From: Octopus vulgaris
Lineage: Eukaryota
Assembly (NCBI GenBank): GCA_951406725.2
Contig: OX597825.1
Coordinates: 5,084,001-5,148,000 of the forward strand
Length of the DNA stretch: 64,000 bases
Direction: 5' to 3'
The stretch's first letter is position 1, and each line of letters starts with the position of its first letter. This document shows positions 15,593-29,396 of this stretch, piece after piece. A program made the position numbers and the translations under genes. The notes under the pieces are model-generated. The model was given only the letters and a program-made list of their open reading frames with translations, was not told where the DNA came from and did no database searches.

Positions 15593-15644
<52 letters not shown>

Positions 15645-15645
15645 C

Positions 15646-15708
<63 letters not shown>

Positions 15709-16039
15709 TGTATGTATTCATATTATGTGATGGAAGCTGCTGTATAATATAAACATTACTGATATCGTATATTTAACATATGTGTGTTGTTTAATCGTCA
15801 GAGGGTGTAGTTTTTCGTGCAGGAAAGATTCGTTTAAAGACGTATAGTGTTAAATGAATAATAATTAAAAAAAAAATAAAACAAAGTATACTTCAGTGTT
15901 AGTCGAAACGAAATCGCCCCAAAAGTGCAGATTTGAGTGGTAGATTTATTATTTTGCTGTATATGCTCCTTTTTAATGCTCCGTGCTTCGCCACCCAAGC
16001 GAAATCAGAGTTTGCAGTCTGATGTATTATACACATACA

Positions 16040-16437
16040 TTTCTACACTAGGCACAAGGCCCGAAATTTTGTGGGGAGGGAGCCAGTCGATTAAGTTGAC
16101 CCTAGTATGCAACTGGTGATTAATTTATCAACCCCGAAAGAATGAAAGGCAAAGTTAACCTCGGCGGAATTTGAACTCAGAGCATAAAGACAGACGAAAC
16201 ACCTATTTCTTTACTACCCACAAGAAGCTAAACGCAGAGGGGACAGACATAGGTATTAAGTCGATTACAGCAACCCCAGAGCGTAACTGGTACTTAATTT
16301 ATCGACCACGAAAGGGATGAAAGGCAAAGTCGACCTCGTGTACCTCGGCGGAAATTGAACTCAGAACGTAACGGCAGACGAAATACCGCTAAGCATTTCG
16401 CCCGGCGTGCTAACGTTTCTGCCAGCTTGCCACCTTA
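16040..16437 (-). mobile_element. Dimeric SINE family A
   Basis: Two tandem gaaaggcaaagtcgacctcggcggaatttgaactcag cores. Same internal junction as 22473-22868. Confidence 0.85.
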
Positions 16438-16719
16438 ATATTATACAAATACTGTCAAAAGAATTTGATGTTTTGCAGTTGCGTGACACAAGTGAAACTA
16501 TTTGTTTCATTTTGGGGGATTTTTTTTTTTAGCTAATAAAACTCTATGAGATAAGGTTATAAACAAGGAGTTTTAATACTGTTAAAATTATTTCACATCT
16601 CTCGAAGTTTCTGAATTTTTCGGACGTAAACAATATAATATAATAAATTTACGGTTTTCAAGCGGCGGTAGGGAACAAACACACTCGCAAGCGCTCTCAC
16701 AATCATACCCCCCCCCCGC

Positions 16720-16752
<33 letters not shown>

Positions 16753-16754
16753 GT

Positions 16755-16918
16755 ATACGGCCGGTTTATTTTCAGTTTCTGTATACCAAATCTATTCGTA
16801 AAAATCCTTGCTTGGCTCAAGGCTATAGAAGAAGTCACTTGCCCAAGGTACCACGCTGTGAGACTGAACCCGGAACCATATAGTCCTGAAGGAAGCTTCT
16901 TGCCACACAACTCCGCAT
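16755..16918 (-). mobile_element. SINE family B head half
   Basis: Matches 20795-20960. Confidence 0.75.
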
Positions 16919-16954
16919 ATTTCTATTTTTCTGTTTGTATAAGCAAACCAATAA

Positions 16955-16985
<31 letters not shown>

Positions 16986-17135
16986 TGTATGCATGCACGT
17001 ATGCACGTTTGAATGTATGTTTGTTTGTATGTATGTATGAGTGTATGTATGCCTGTATGTATGTATGTATGTATATGTGTATGTATGTTGTGTGTATATA
17101 TGTATCTATACATCTATCTCCATCTCTCTCTCTCC

Positions 17136-17168
<33 letters not shown>

Positions 17169-17507
17169 ATCTTTCTATCTATTTCTCCATCCATCTATTT
17201 AGCACTCTCTTTTTGTTACTCTTTGGCCCACTCCGACTCTGTCTCGCTTTCTCTCGCTCCTTCTCCCCCCTCTCTCACTTTATGTACGCAGGGGTAGGTT
17301 CTGTCTACGTCTGGGGTGTTGGGGGATGTTGGGGGGTGTTCTCTGTCTGTGTTGGCTCGTTTGAAACATTGAATAGTTTCAAACTAATTCTTTGTCTTGA
17401 TACGAAGCTTCTAAAATGCCAATGAAGCTATAAAAATTGTACATAACTATATGGCATATAAGAATATAATACACCTTGACAGTATAAATTGAATAGAACA
17501 CACATAC

Positions 17508-17966
<459 letters not shown>

Positions 17967-18145
17967 GAATGTGTGTGTATGTGCGTGTGTGTGTGTGCGT
18001 GCGCGCGCATATGTGTGTGTGTGATGGTATGTGTGTTTGTAGTTATGAAGTCGGAATCGCGGTCGCAAAGTTGTAATTTCGATTTCCGAGACCGGCAGTG
18101 AGATGTTCTTGAACCACTTCATTTCACATAGTTTTGATAGTGTCC

Positions 18146-18184
18146 CTTTCTGTTGAAGTGCGTAGGGGCTCGAAACTTAAAAAG
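18146..18184 (+). ncRNA. Hammerhead-like motif with CUGUUGA core, in a short element ending at (TA)n (~18140-18273)
   Basis: cttt-CTGTTGA-a-gtgc gtaggg gctc-GAAA-cttaa-aaag. A homologous copy lies on the minus strand at 21860-21990. Confidence 0.5.
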
Positions 18185-18275
18185 ACTCTCTCACTTACCG
18201 AGCATTAAACTAATACATCTGTTTCTTGTTTACACACCCGTCTTCGTCTTTTGTTTCTTTGTAAATTCTCAATAT

Positions 18276-18332
<57 letters not shown>

Positions 18333-18373
18333 GCGAACAAACAGCGATCATTAAAATAGAGAGTGAGAGACGT

Positions 18374-18400
18374 CGCCATTTTTACGTCAATACCGGAAGT
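18374..18400. promoter_or_regulatory. Compact YY1-like / CRE-like / ETS motif cluster
   Basis: CGCCATTTT, TTACGTCA and ACCGGAAGT within 27 bp. Confidence 0.3.
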
Positions 18401-18587
18401 TGACATTGAGAAACGTTTTTAAAGAAGTGAATCATGAATATAAAGAAACATTTTTTTTTAATTTTCAATAAAAGAAATCAAATGAAGAGCCTAACATATG
18501 TCCGAGGTCAAATTATTCATGCATCCCAAGTATGGAAGCAATTGGTGAGGTTGTTTCCGCATTAAAAGCCAATCCACACACATCTCT

Positions 18588-18678
<91 letters not shown>

Positions 18679-18767
18679 GTATTATGTATATATAGCGTGG
18701 AAGGTGTTTGTAAGCCATTTAAGAAACACACAAAAGCCGTTTGATTCACTTCAACATTTAAGTTTAA

Positions 18768-18818
18768 TTTGTCAAAATATTTTCGTCGCTATAAGACCGT
18801 GACCTGTTCACTGACAAA
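18768..18818 (-). ncRNA. Hammerhead-like motif, G3:C8 core (left arm)
   Basis: tttgtca-GTGAACA-g-gtcac ggtcttata gcgac-GAAA-atat-TT-tgacaaa. Confidence 0.6.
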
Positions 18819-18840
18819 AATCCGGGATGCAGCACGGATT

Positions 18841-18891
18841 TTTGTCAGTGAACAGGTCGCGGTCTTAAAGCGATGAAAATATTTTGACAAA
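18841..18891 (+). ncRNA. Hammerhead-like motif, G3:C8 core (right arm)
   Basis: tttgtca-GTGAACA-g-gtcgc ggtcttaaa gcgat-GAAA-atat-TT-tgacaaa. 7-bp stem I, 5-bp stem II, palindromic AATATT stem III. Confidence 0.65.
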
Positions 18892-19085
18892 TTAAACTTA
18901 AATGTTGAAGTGAATCGAACGGCTTTTGTGTGTTTCTTAAATGGCTTACAAACACCTTCCACGCTGCAATTGTTTTCGTTTCAGCACACGATCTCAGATC
19001 AAATCACTTGCTATGCAAGTACATCTCCGTAATATGTATATATATATATATAAATCAAAATAAGCAATAGTATATCAAGCAGTGA

Positions 19086-19171
19086 TGCAGTATGACCGTT
19101 TCAAGCGCGTCCATTTAATTGAACAATGCAATCATTACATCAATTTAAATGCAATGCTATCTTCAGCTGCA
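19086..19171 (-). ncRNA. Hammerhead-like motif with long stem II (CUGAAGA core), ~35 nt from (TA)n
   Basis: tgcag-CTGAAGA-tagc...catttaaattga/tcaattaaatg...gctt-GAAA-cggtca-TA-ctgca. Stem III is imperfect. Confidence 0.5.
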
Positions 19172-20584
19172 CAAATAAATAAATAGAATTTTACCCACTA
19201 GGACACATTGATATAATTTTTTTTCAAATATTTTTACAGAGCAAGAAGATGGAATACATTCATGTTGTCGCTATTTTAGCTAAGAATAGACGACACTTCC
19301 AAGACTCGCATGAAGCCTACTGGAGTCATAGCGTTGTAATGGATGATAATTTATTTCTAATTCATTTATCAAATATTGTTTATATATATTTTCTTCTATT
19401 TTTCTTATTTTTCTTTCATATTTCTCACCTGGAAAGGTAACAGTGATTGGAATCGTTTTTCACCGTCCACGTCTTTTCTTTCTTTTTGTCTCACTTTCCT
19501 TCGTAGGTTTTATGGTGTGATTAGATATATGACAGGTATCTTATGTCACCCATACTGTATTATGACAAATCCCTTTCACAGTCGCAGACAACTCTGTGTA
19601 GTTAAGGAACTCGCTTTGCAACAGTGTTGCTTCAGGTTCCGTCCCCTTACGCAGCTATCATGGGGAAAATGTCTTCTACTATAACCCCAGGCCGACCAAT
19701 GCTCTGTGAGACTGTGTGAAATATTTGTTGACACTGTATTTTCGTAGATCTTGGAAATTGATCACTGACGGCATTATGTCCGACACTCTTGCAAAATTTC
19801 CGATCCACCACTCGTATTGCAAATGGTTCACTGTATTGTCCAGACTAGCGGCCAGATATTGCTATATACCACAGGTGAAAATGTGTTACTATGGATTCTT
19901 GTTGTTTTTCGAATGATGCCGCCCCACGGGTTTAGCGGTCAGGCTAACCTTCCTCCCTAAATGGAACCCTAGTCCGTTGCAGTGTTACCTATTTCCAGCT
20001 AAGCGGATTCAAACAACGTGAAATGAATATTTTGTTCAAGAACACAATGCACTGAAAGTCTGGGAATCGAACCCACGATCTTGCGATCGTAATTGCGACA
20101 CCCTTACCACTAAGCCACACACTCCCACATTTGAAACAATTAATTTTACTAAAGGCGTAGAGAAATATTTACACAGATCCACATCCGACGTCACAATCTC
20201 GATTGACTTTTATCATTATGGATTATTTATTGACTGTTAGCTGCATATTTATTAGTGAGTATATCGATCTGTTTTGGTTAAATACATCTATTTAAAATAC
20301 ACCTAAAATACGTAATTCTGCGTTCAATGTTATTGATATTTGTAGGATAAACCTTGTTTTACGTCAATCAGTTCCGGCTGTTTCGAATTTCATTTTAGTA
20401 AAACAGCATTTGATGCTTTTTAGACATATTTAACATCGAAAATAGAAAAGAAAGCATTGAATTAAGAAATTATCTTGTGTGTCAATATTGTCTTTTGATA
20501 GGCCAGAAATCTGAAACTTGTGGATTTATTTACGACTGTCCTTGCGTATGAAATGCAATGTGTGTATATATGGATGTATGGGTG

Positions 20585-20960
20585 CTCTTTTACTCGTTTC
20601 AGGCATTTGACAGTGGCCACGCTGGAGCGCCGGCTTAAAGAGTTTCAGCTGAAGAAATCAACCTCAGGACTTATTCGTTGTAAGCCTACCACTTATTTTA
20701 TCAGTCACTTTTGCCGGATCGCTAAGTTATGAGGATATAAACACACCAGCATCAGTTGTCAAGCAATGGCGTGGGAACAAACACAAACACATATATGCGA
20801 CGGGCTTCTTTCAGTTTCCGTCTACCAAATCCAATAACAAGGTTTTGGTCGTCCCGAGGCTATAGTAGAAGACTCTTGTTCAAGGTGCTACGCAGTAGGA
20901 CTGAACCCGGAATCATGCGGTCAGGAAGCAAGCTTCTTACCATAAAGCCACGCTTGCGCC
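20585..20960 (-). mobile_element. Near full-length SINE family B
   Basis: tRNA-like head at the right end, body, and ...gaaacgagtaaaaga tail. Confidence 0.85.
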
Positions 20961-21145
20961 TGATGACTATAAGTAAATAATTTTTGAAGGGCTTTCGGGA
21001 AGAATTTGCCGAATCATTTTTCTGGGATACGCGAGGCTATGACTAAAATAAATGTATTCTCTTATGTTTTTATTTGTTTCAGTCATATGACTGCGGCCAT
21101 GCTGCAGCACCACCTTTAGTCGAACATGTCGTATGAACCTATATG

Positions 21146-21200
<55 letters not shown>

Positions 21201-21828
21201 CTCGATTCTTCTATTGGCGCACACACAACCGGATGTGTGTCCATGTGTACGCATATTTGCTACACACATACACACACAAACCCACAAAAGCACATACATA
21301 GGCGTGCGCCCAAAAGCATATGTCTGTGTGCACGTGCACAGTTTTCAAACGATGAGATTTAAAGGACGATAAAATACCATTTTTGACCATGTCTATATTT
21401 GCTTTGAATTGAATATATTCACTTCGAGTTAAAGTGAATTTTACTCCTCCTAAAGAAAATGGAATCCTCTATGAATCATAAAACAAATACTAAATATTTT
21501 ACAGCAATTTTCTTTCGTATCCACAGTACCGACTTTAAAACTTGTCTAATTGGTTTTCCGCTCATGGCCTCTAGATATATGCTACAAGCTTTGGTCAACA
21601 ACTAAGTTCTCTTCTATTCTCGCGCGAATATAATAAAAATGTTGCTTTTTATTGTCACACTCATTTCTAAATTTCTGTACGAAATCCAAATCATGTATAA
21701 CTGAAACAATTCCCGATCTCCAAGGAACCGAAGGAGCCGAACAATTCAGCAAGTTTTATGTGTCTGAGGTTTCATTTCGATCGCTCATTCAGATGCGATT
21801 ACAAGCCAACTCGCCTCTAAATAACATC

Positions 21829-21859
<31 letters not shown>

Positions 21860-21945
21860 GAAATTTAGAGAAAGACAAAAGACGAAGACAGGTATGTAAA
21901 CAACAAATGGGTGTATTAGTTTATCGCTCGGGAAGGTGAGAAAGT

Positions 21946-21982
21946 CTGTTATGTTTCGAGCCCACACTCTTCAACAGAAAAG
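21946..21982 (-). ncRNA. Hammerhead-like motif with CUGUUGA core (second copy; element ~21858-22005)
   Basis: tttt-CTGTTGA-a-gagt gtgg gctc-GAAA-ca-TA-acag. The downstream ~90 nt is homologous to 18185-18272 and ends at (TA)n. Confidence 0.5.
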
Positions 21983-22131
21983 AACATGAGAAAAATAAAC
22001 AGAGATAATGTAGGTCCACTATGAACAGAAAATCTCGTTTTCGGTCCTGTTTTGGGCCACCGCTTTCGGTCCCTCTTTGTATATCCAACTACGTTCTTCC
22101 TCAGGTAAATGTCATTTTCTATAGTCTATAG

Positions 22132-22366
22132 CAGTGATTCTCAACCGGGGTCCATACAAGATTTTGGTTTTAAAAGTTATGTCCAATAAATGGTTATAAT
22201 TCTAGAATAAGCAAAATATTTTAATATTTTCTTATGCAGTTCATAACGATATCACAGTATAAAATTATAAGAGGATTTTTTTAAACATTGAATGACTATG
22301 GGGTTCCAGTACAGTCGAATAGGATCCAAAGGAGTCCGTTGGTAAAATATGGTTTAGAACCACTTG
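22132..22366. mobile_element. hAT-type MITE relic
   Basis: Imperfect TIRs cagtgattctcaacc / ggtttagaaccact(t)g. No clear 8-bp TSD. Confidence 0.5.
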
Positions 22367-22472
22367 AACACATGTATGAGAGGTACTTTTTTCTTTATTT
22401 ATTTTTGTTATTGAGAAGTGGACCGCATAAAACATGGATCATCATTAAACAAGGCGCACTACTAAAAATATC

Positions 22473-23490
22473 CTTTTCTACTCTAGGCACAAGGCCCGAA
22501 ACTTTTGGAGAGGGGCCAGTCAATTAGATCCACCCCAGTAGCGAACTGGTAGCTAATTTATCGAACGAGGAAGGATGAAAGGTAAACTCGACCTCCGCGG
22601 AATTTGAACTCAGAAAGTAAACAGATGAAATACCTATTTCTTTATTACCCACAAGGGGCTAAACACAGAGGGGACAAACAAGGACAGACATAGGTATTAA
22701 ATTGATTACATCGACCCCAGTGCGTAACTGGTACTTAATTTATCGATCCCGAAAGGATGAAAGGCAAAGACGACCTCGGCGGAATTCGAACTCAGAACGT
22801 AGCAACAGACAAAATCCCGCTAAGCATTTCACCTGGCGTGCTAACGTTTTTGCCAGCTCACCGCCTTAACACGACTATTCTTTTCTACTCTAGGCACAAG
22901 GCCCGAAAGTTTCGGAGATTAGATCGACCCCAGTAGGCAACGGGTACTTAATTTATCGAACGAGGAAGGATGAAAGGCAAACTGTACCTCGTCTGAATTT
23001 GAACTCAGAACGTAGACAGAGGAAATACCGCTAAGCATTTCGCCCGGCCTGGTAACATTTCTGCCAGCAACCGCCTTAATACGAATATGCTTATTTCTTT
23101 ACTGCCCACAAGGGGTTACACACAGAGGGGACAAACAAGGACAGACAAATGTTTCTGCCTGCTCACCGCCTTACCACTACTAAAAATACTGAAAACATAT
23201 TTTTCATTTAGGCGCACCATTCGGAAAGTTTCACGTGCTGCACTTTCTCCATAGGATAGGAGAAGTGTTCGCTATCGAAAAAAGAAAAAAAATCCGATCA
23301 GGTATTTCCGTTCGTATCTGCCAGGAAAATTTTACTTTGAAATTTTGGCACAAGGCCAGCAATTTCGAGAGTGGGGCTAAGTCGGTTACCTTGACCCTAA
23401 TGCTCAACTGGCACTTATTTCAACGATCCCGGAAGGGTGAAATGTAGAGCCGCCCTCGGCGGAATTTGAAATCAGAACGTTGAGACATGA
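22473..23490 (-). mobile_element. Stack of co-oriented SINE family A copies (dimer 22473-22868, monomer 22878-23078, deleted copy ~23090-23173, partial ~23335-23485)
   Basis: Repeated ggcacaaggcccgaaa, gaaaggcaaa...gaactcagaacgt and gccagctcaccgcctt blocks. Confidence 0.85.
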
Positions 23491-23590
23491 TATCCAAACA
23501 TACATACATGCACACTCACATATGTTTACATATTGGTCTTAATACACACACACACACACATATATATATACATATATGTATATATATGTA

Positions 23591-23637
<47 letters not shown>

Positions 23638-23683
23638 AAACAAGTCAAAAATAGAAAATGCTAAGATAATTTTATAGTGAATC

Positions 23684-23727
23684 TTTCAGTACCGGTTTCG
23701 GTCATTTTGAGACCTTTTCAACTGTAA
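23684..23727 (-). ncRNA. Hammerhead-like motif, U3:A8 core
   Basis: ttacag-TTGAAAA-ggtc tcaaaat gacc-GAAA-ccgg-TA-ctgaaa. Perfect 4-bp stem II, palindromic ACCGGT stem III, GUA triplet. ~50 nt from (TA)n. Confidence 0.65.
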
Positions 23728-24259
23728 CGATTAAATAATTAAATTTAGAAAAATTAGAAGAAAAGTTTTTTTAAAGGAATATTTCTATAGTAGTGTTCAG
23801 ATATAAGTAGCATTCTGCCTTTCTCTGACTCCCTTGTTTGCACTTGTGTGTTCGAGGTCGTTGTGAGTTCTTGGTAGGGTAGGAGAAACAGAAGGCTGAT
23901 GTGGAGAGGGGGTGGGGAAATCTGGGAATGCCTTGATGGTCGTATTTTGAATGGTCAGTGGCGGACAGCAGTCGCAGTTCAATTCAGGAATTGTTTATGG
24001 AATTTGCGTAGGCGTTATACTGAAAGGCATTAGTGACAAGGTTAAGGGGTAGAAGGTGGAGAAGTAGAAGAAGAAGAAGATGACGATGTTGATGATGATG
24101 ATGATGAAGAAGAAGAAGAAGAAGAAGAAGAAGAAGAAGAAGAAGAAGAAGAAGAAGAAGGAGAAGGAGAAGATGATGATGATGGTGGTGATGATGATAT
24201 ATACATATATAAATATATATATATGTATATATGTGTATATATATTTATATCTATGTATG

Positions 24260-24310
<51 letters not shown>

Positions 24311-24314
24311 TGTG

Positions 24315-24463
24315 TATTCCGCCGAGGTCGACTTTGCCTTTCATCTTTTCGGGATCTATTAAATAAGTACCAGTTACGCGGTCGGGTCGATATAATCGAC
24401 TTAATCTCTTTCTCTGTCCTTGTTTGTTCTCTCTATGTTTAGCCCCCTGAGCACAATAAAGCA

Positions 24464-24465
<2 letters not shown>
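24315..24465 (+). mobile_element. SINE family A 3' part
   Basis: Matches 49965-50110. Confidence 0.8.
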
Positions 24466-24514
<49 letters not shown>

Positions 24515-25021
24515 TGTGTGCGTGTTTCTATGAGTGTATGCGTGTTTCTATGTGTTTGTGCGTGTGTGCATGTGCCTGCGTGTTTGTACAGTTTTTAATG
24601 AAGACACGTGACATGTATGGTCCGTGCAGTTTTTCTTTTTCTTTTTCTATTAATTTTTTTTTTTTTTTTGCTTATTTGATTTTATTCAATTTTGCGCCAT
24701 TTCTTCTTTCTCAAAGAATACCAGCTTCCTTGATATTTCTGTTCTACATTTAAAACCCCTTTGTTAAGTTGTCAAGGGCAGACGAGAATATTGAATCAGG
24801 AGTGAAATAGGCTTTGTTTTTATAATTCATTTATTTATTTATTTATTGTATTTATTTATTTATTTATTCTATTTCTAATTCTGACCAAGGATAATTAACC
24901 AAAACAACAAGACAAACAAACCAAGGGATAATCGAAAATGCCACGAGATTAGAAAGAATCTTTCTACTCTATTCTTTTGCTTCTAGAATCACTTGGAATT
25001 TCTAGCTATCAACGTAGTTTC

Positions 25022-25088
25022 TGACGTCACGATTACTGCTGACGTCACACAGTGCTCGTGACTCGTCTGTCTGGTTTCCATTGACAAC
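25022..25088. promoter_or_regulatory. Two perfect CRE palindromes plus an RFX X-box-like site
   Basis: TGACGTCA at 25022 and 25040 (both cTGACGTCAc); GTTTCCATTGACAAC at 25074-25088. Confidence 0.4.
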
Positions 25089-25333
25089 CGCTCGTGTCCT
25101 CGTCCCTCTCTGTTTCTATAGTATTTATTTGCGGCATTCGTATTCATAATCGTAATCAACCTCTCCTTCGCTTCCCCTCCTTTCTCTTCTTCTTCTTCTT
25201 CTTCTTCTTCTTCTTCTTTTCTTCTTCTTTTCTTCTTCTTCTTCTTCTTCTTCTTCTTCTTCTTCTTCTTCTTCTTCTTCTTCTTCTTCCTTCTTCAGAT
25301 TAACGTAAATAGATATATATAGATAGATATAGG

Positions 25334-25389
<56 letters not shown>

Positions 25390-25759
25390 AACAGACAGAC
25401 AGACAGACAGAGAGAGAGATGGATATATATATATATATATATTTATATAATATATATCTACATGCATATATATAAATATATGTATATATAAACATATACA
25501 CAAATATTTATATATATATATATATGTATATATAAACAATATGCATAAATATATATGTATATATATATATGTATATATACATATATATATTTACATATAT
25601 TACACACACACACACACACATACGTATACACCCACATTAATTTTTTCCTATATATATATATATATATACACATATATATATACATACATACATACATACA
25701 TACAATCATAAATATAAATTAATATATATTTATACTATAATGCATATATGTATGGGTAT

Positions 25760-25866
<107 letters not shown>

Positions 25867-26167
25867 TATATACGTAAATATTGATAGATTGTTAGTTCGA
25901 TAAAATCATACACATATACTAAGAGATACGTATACACTGCATCTTGCAGTATTTTGATGTAGTTTTGTTAAAAAGGATGAGGAAACAAGCAAACCCTCCG
26001 CACCACCCATACCCAGATGCAAACACGCACACACAGACACAAACGCAATTTCTCTGATCTTCTAAAGTCACTTTCAACTGACCACCACAAATTCCACCTC
26101 TCACCACCACATTGCCCAACGAACTGCGTTTGGCTTTCCCTCTTCTTTTTATCGTTTCTTCTCCGTA

Positions 26168-26730
<563 letters not shown>

Positions 26731-27154
26731 TACTACTGCGATTGTCACTTTCCTAATCAACATTCTCATTCCCATCACTAATTTTGCTATTAACACCACC
26801 ACATCAACAACAACAACAACTACAACCGCAACACCACCACCAGCCACAACCACCACCATCACACAACACCGCCATTACCACCGTAACCACCATTGCCACT
26901 CTCCTATCATCTTACGCTGTATCATAGCAATTGAAGATTATCTGATGCGTAGTTGTTTCTTCTTAGAAGAAAAAGTCATCTCCATCTTCTCCACCACCAC
27001 CACCACCACCAACATCACCTCCACCGCCAAAACCACCATCTCTACCACCACTCTACCACATCACTTCTGCCACCACCACCACCACCACCACCACCAGCAT
27101 CAACATCCCTTTAAGAATGTACCTCATATTTTTTTTTTCTAAAATTATTCAGTT

Positions 27155-27720
27155 TTATTATTATTATTATTGAGTGAGAGAGCAGCGCATGCCATCAAAG
27201 GAACACTGGGGTAAAATATACGAAGCCCAGTATTCCCATCATGACTACCCCTCTAATAAGGGTACACTAGGCACATGCATCACAACTGTATGTGCCCGAC
27301 ATGGTGATCTCATATCAATATAAACAGCACATGACCTTGCAGGTGGGGCCCAGTTAGTATTTTTTTCTGGTCGAGTAACCCATCCCGCTCGAAAGGTCCC
27401 TGAATAATGGTTGTTTAAGGATGTTCAACGAAACACCCATGTTTCCAGAGGTGAAATATTCGTACCCCAAAGAATCCCTCTCGACACATAGCTATGATGC
27501 TCCCCCACTACTTCTGCTCGTGATCTGAGATGCAAATATCGTTAGCCACTAAGAGACATGCTCAACTGGTTAAGGTCAAACAACTGACAAGCAAATCTGT
27601 GATATTGAGCAGAATATTTGCTGTAGCCCACCTTTTTTAGCAAGACAAAGCAATGTACATGATAACACTTCCAACCAGTTAAGATGAGAAGCCATGAGAG
27701 CCACTGTCTGGTATTTCATG
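27155..27720 (-). mobile_element. Interspersed retroposon family E with (TAA)n tail
   Basis: gagtgagagagcag...catggtgatctcatat is shared with 41627-41770. Both abut (TTA)n. Confidence 0.7.
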
Positions 27721-27724
27721 AGGG

Positions 27725-27945
27725 CAAGACAGTGAGCTGGTAGAATCGTTAGCACGGGGCACAAAGTGCTTAACAGTCTTTCGTCTGCCTCACGTTCTGA
27801 GTTCAAATTCAGCCTAGGTCAATTTTTTGTTTCATCTTTCGGGGTCGATAAAACAAGTACCAGTCAAATATTGGTGTCGATGTAATCGACTATCGCCGTC
27901 CACCAAACTTCAGGACTTGCACGCATATTAGAAACAATTCTTATT
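27725..27945 (+). mobile_element. SINE family A copy
   Basis: gtgagctggtagaatcgttagcac...gttctgagttcaaattc (A/B-box-like head). Confidence 0.8.
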
Positions 27946-28279
27946 ATTATTATATTCTCTCAGACACGTGTACCCTTAACATTTTATTGTCACAATCATT
28001 ACATCCAGCGAATGAAAGAAGTGATCGATGAAGATCAAGATTCGATGCATATTAGAAACCAATATGCTTAGATATTCGATCAGTTCATAAATGGAATATA
28101 ATAACCCCACTCCCCTACTCGCCGTCAGTTTTTGCCCACTCTTTATGTATGGAAATACATGCATAAATATATATTAATATGTACAGGGAGCGATATGTCT
28201 ATGCATATTTTGATACACATAGATGTAAATACATTTATATATACGTGCAGATATGCAAATACATATATATGTGTATATA

Positions 28280-28329
<50 letters not shown>

Positions 28330-28408
28330 AATAAATATTAGGGAATGAATCCAAAATTACAGGGAAAAAATCAGATTTAGGGTTAAATCCAATTTTATAG
28401 TAAAATAT

Positions 28409-28676
<268 letters not shown>

Positions 28677-28678
28677 AT

Positions 28679-28741
<63 letters not shown>

Positions 28742-28923
28742 TATATATATATAATAATTATATATACAAACAGGGGCATGCTCTTTCCTCACGTGTTAAC
28801 GTCCAAGTAAATAATTACAAATTCACGCCTTTAATAATAAAAGAGTTCATTTTCGGTTGTGTGACCGGCAAAATACAGCCGGGAATAATGAACAAACATG
28901 GCGGACGAATGACGAACACACAC

Positions 28924-28987
28924 CTGGTGCAGGTAGTAGACACGAATATAAATATTAATATACAGGCGAAATACAGGTCGTACGGCC
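28924..28987 (-). CDS. Candidate 64-nt exon; hydrophobic frame (G)PYDLYFACILIFIFVSTTCT(R)
   Basis: Strong acceptor tcttctactatctctgtctcag| and donor CAG|gtgtgt. Phase-1 entry is compatible with the 41389 donor. Confidence 0.5.
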
Positions 28988-29032
28988 CTGAGACAGAGAT
29001 AGTAGAAGACATATATATATATTTGTGTGTGT

Positions 29033-29145
29033 GGAGGCGCAATGGCCGAGTTCTTAGGACAGCGGATTCGCAGTCATAGGATCACGTTTTCGATTCCACG
29101 ACTAGGCGTTGTGTGTGTTTATTGAGCAAAATCTCCACGAGGCTT
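29033..29145 (+). mobile_element. SINE family C head (truncated)
   Basis: Matches 54863-54980. Confidence 0.75.
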
Positions 29146-29308
29146 ATTTGTATGCACTGATTACTGTTAATTGTCAGAATTTACATATCTGTATTAATTC
29201 ATTCATTTACCATAAAAAAAGCAAGATCCCCAATTTGTGATGACATTCACGGACCTTGATTTATTTTTATAACTTTCTGACAATATACATTCTTGTACTA
29301 ATATATAG

Positions 29309-29396
<88 letters not shown>

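Larger units (their letters stand above)
18694..19032. mobile_element. Fold-back element in (TA)n: 131-bp inverted arms, 10-nt spacer, ~65-bp unique extension; PLE-terminus-like
   Basis: Arms 18694-18824 and 18835-18965 with ~4 mismatches. Each arm carries a hammerhead-like motif. Confidence 0.85.
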
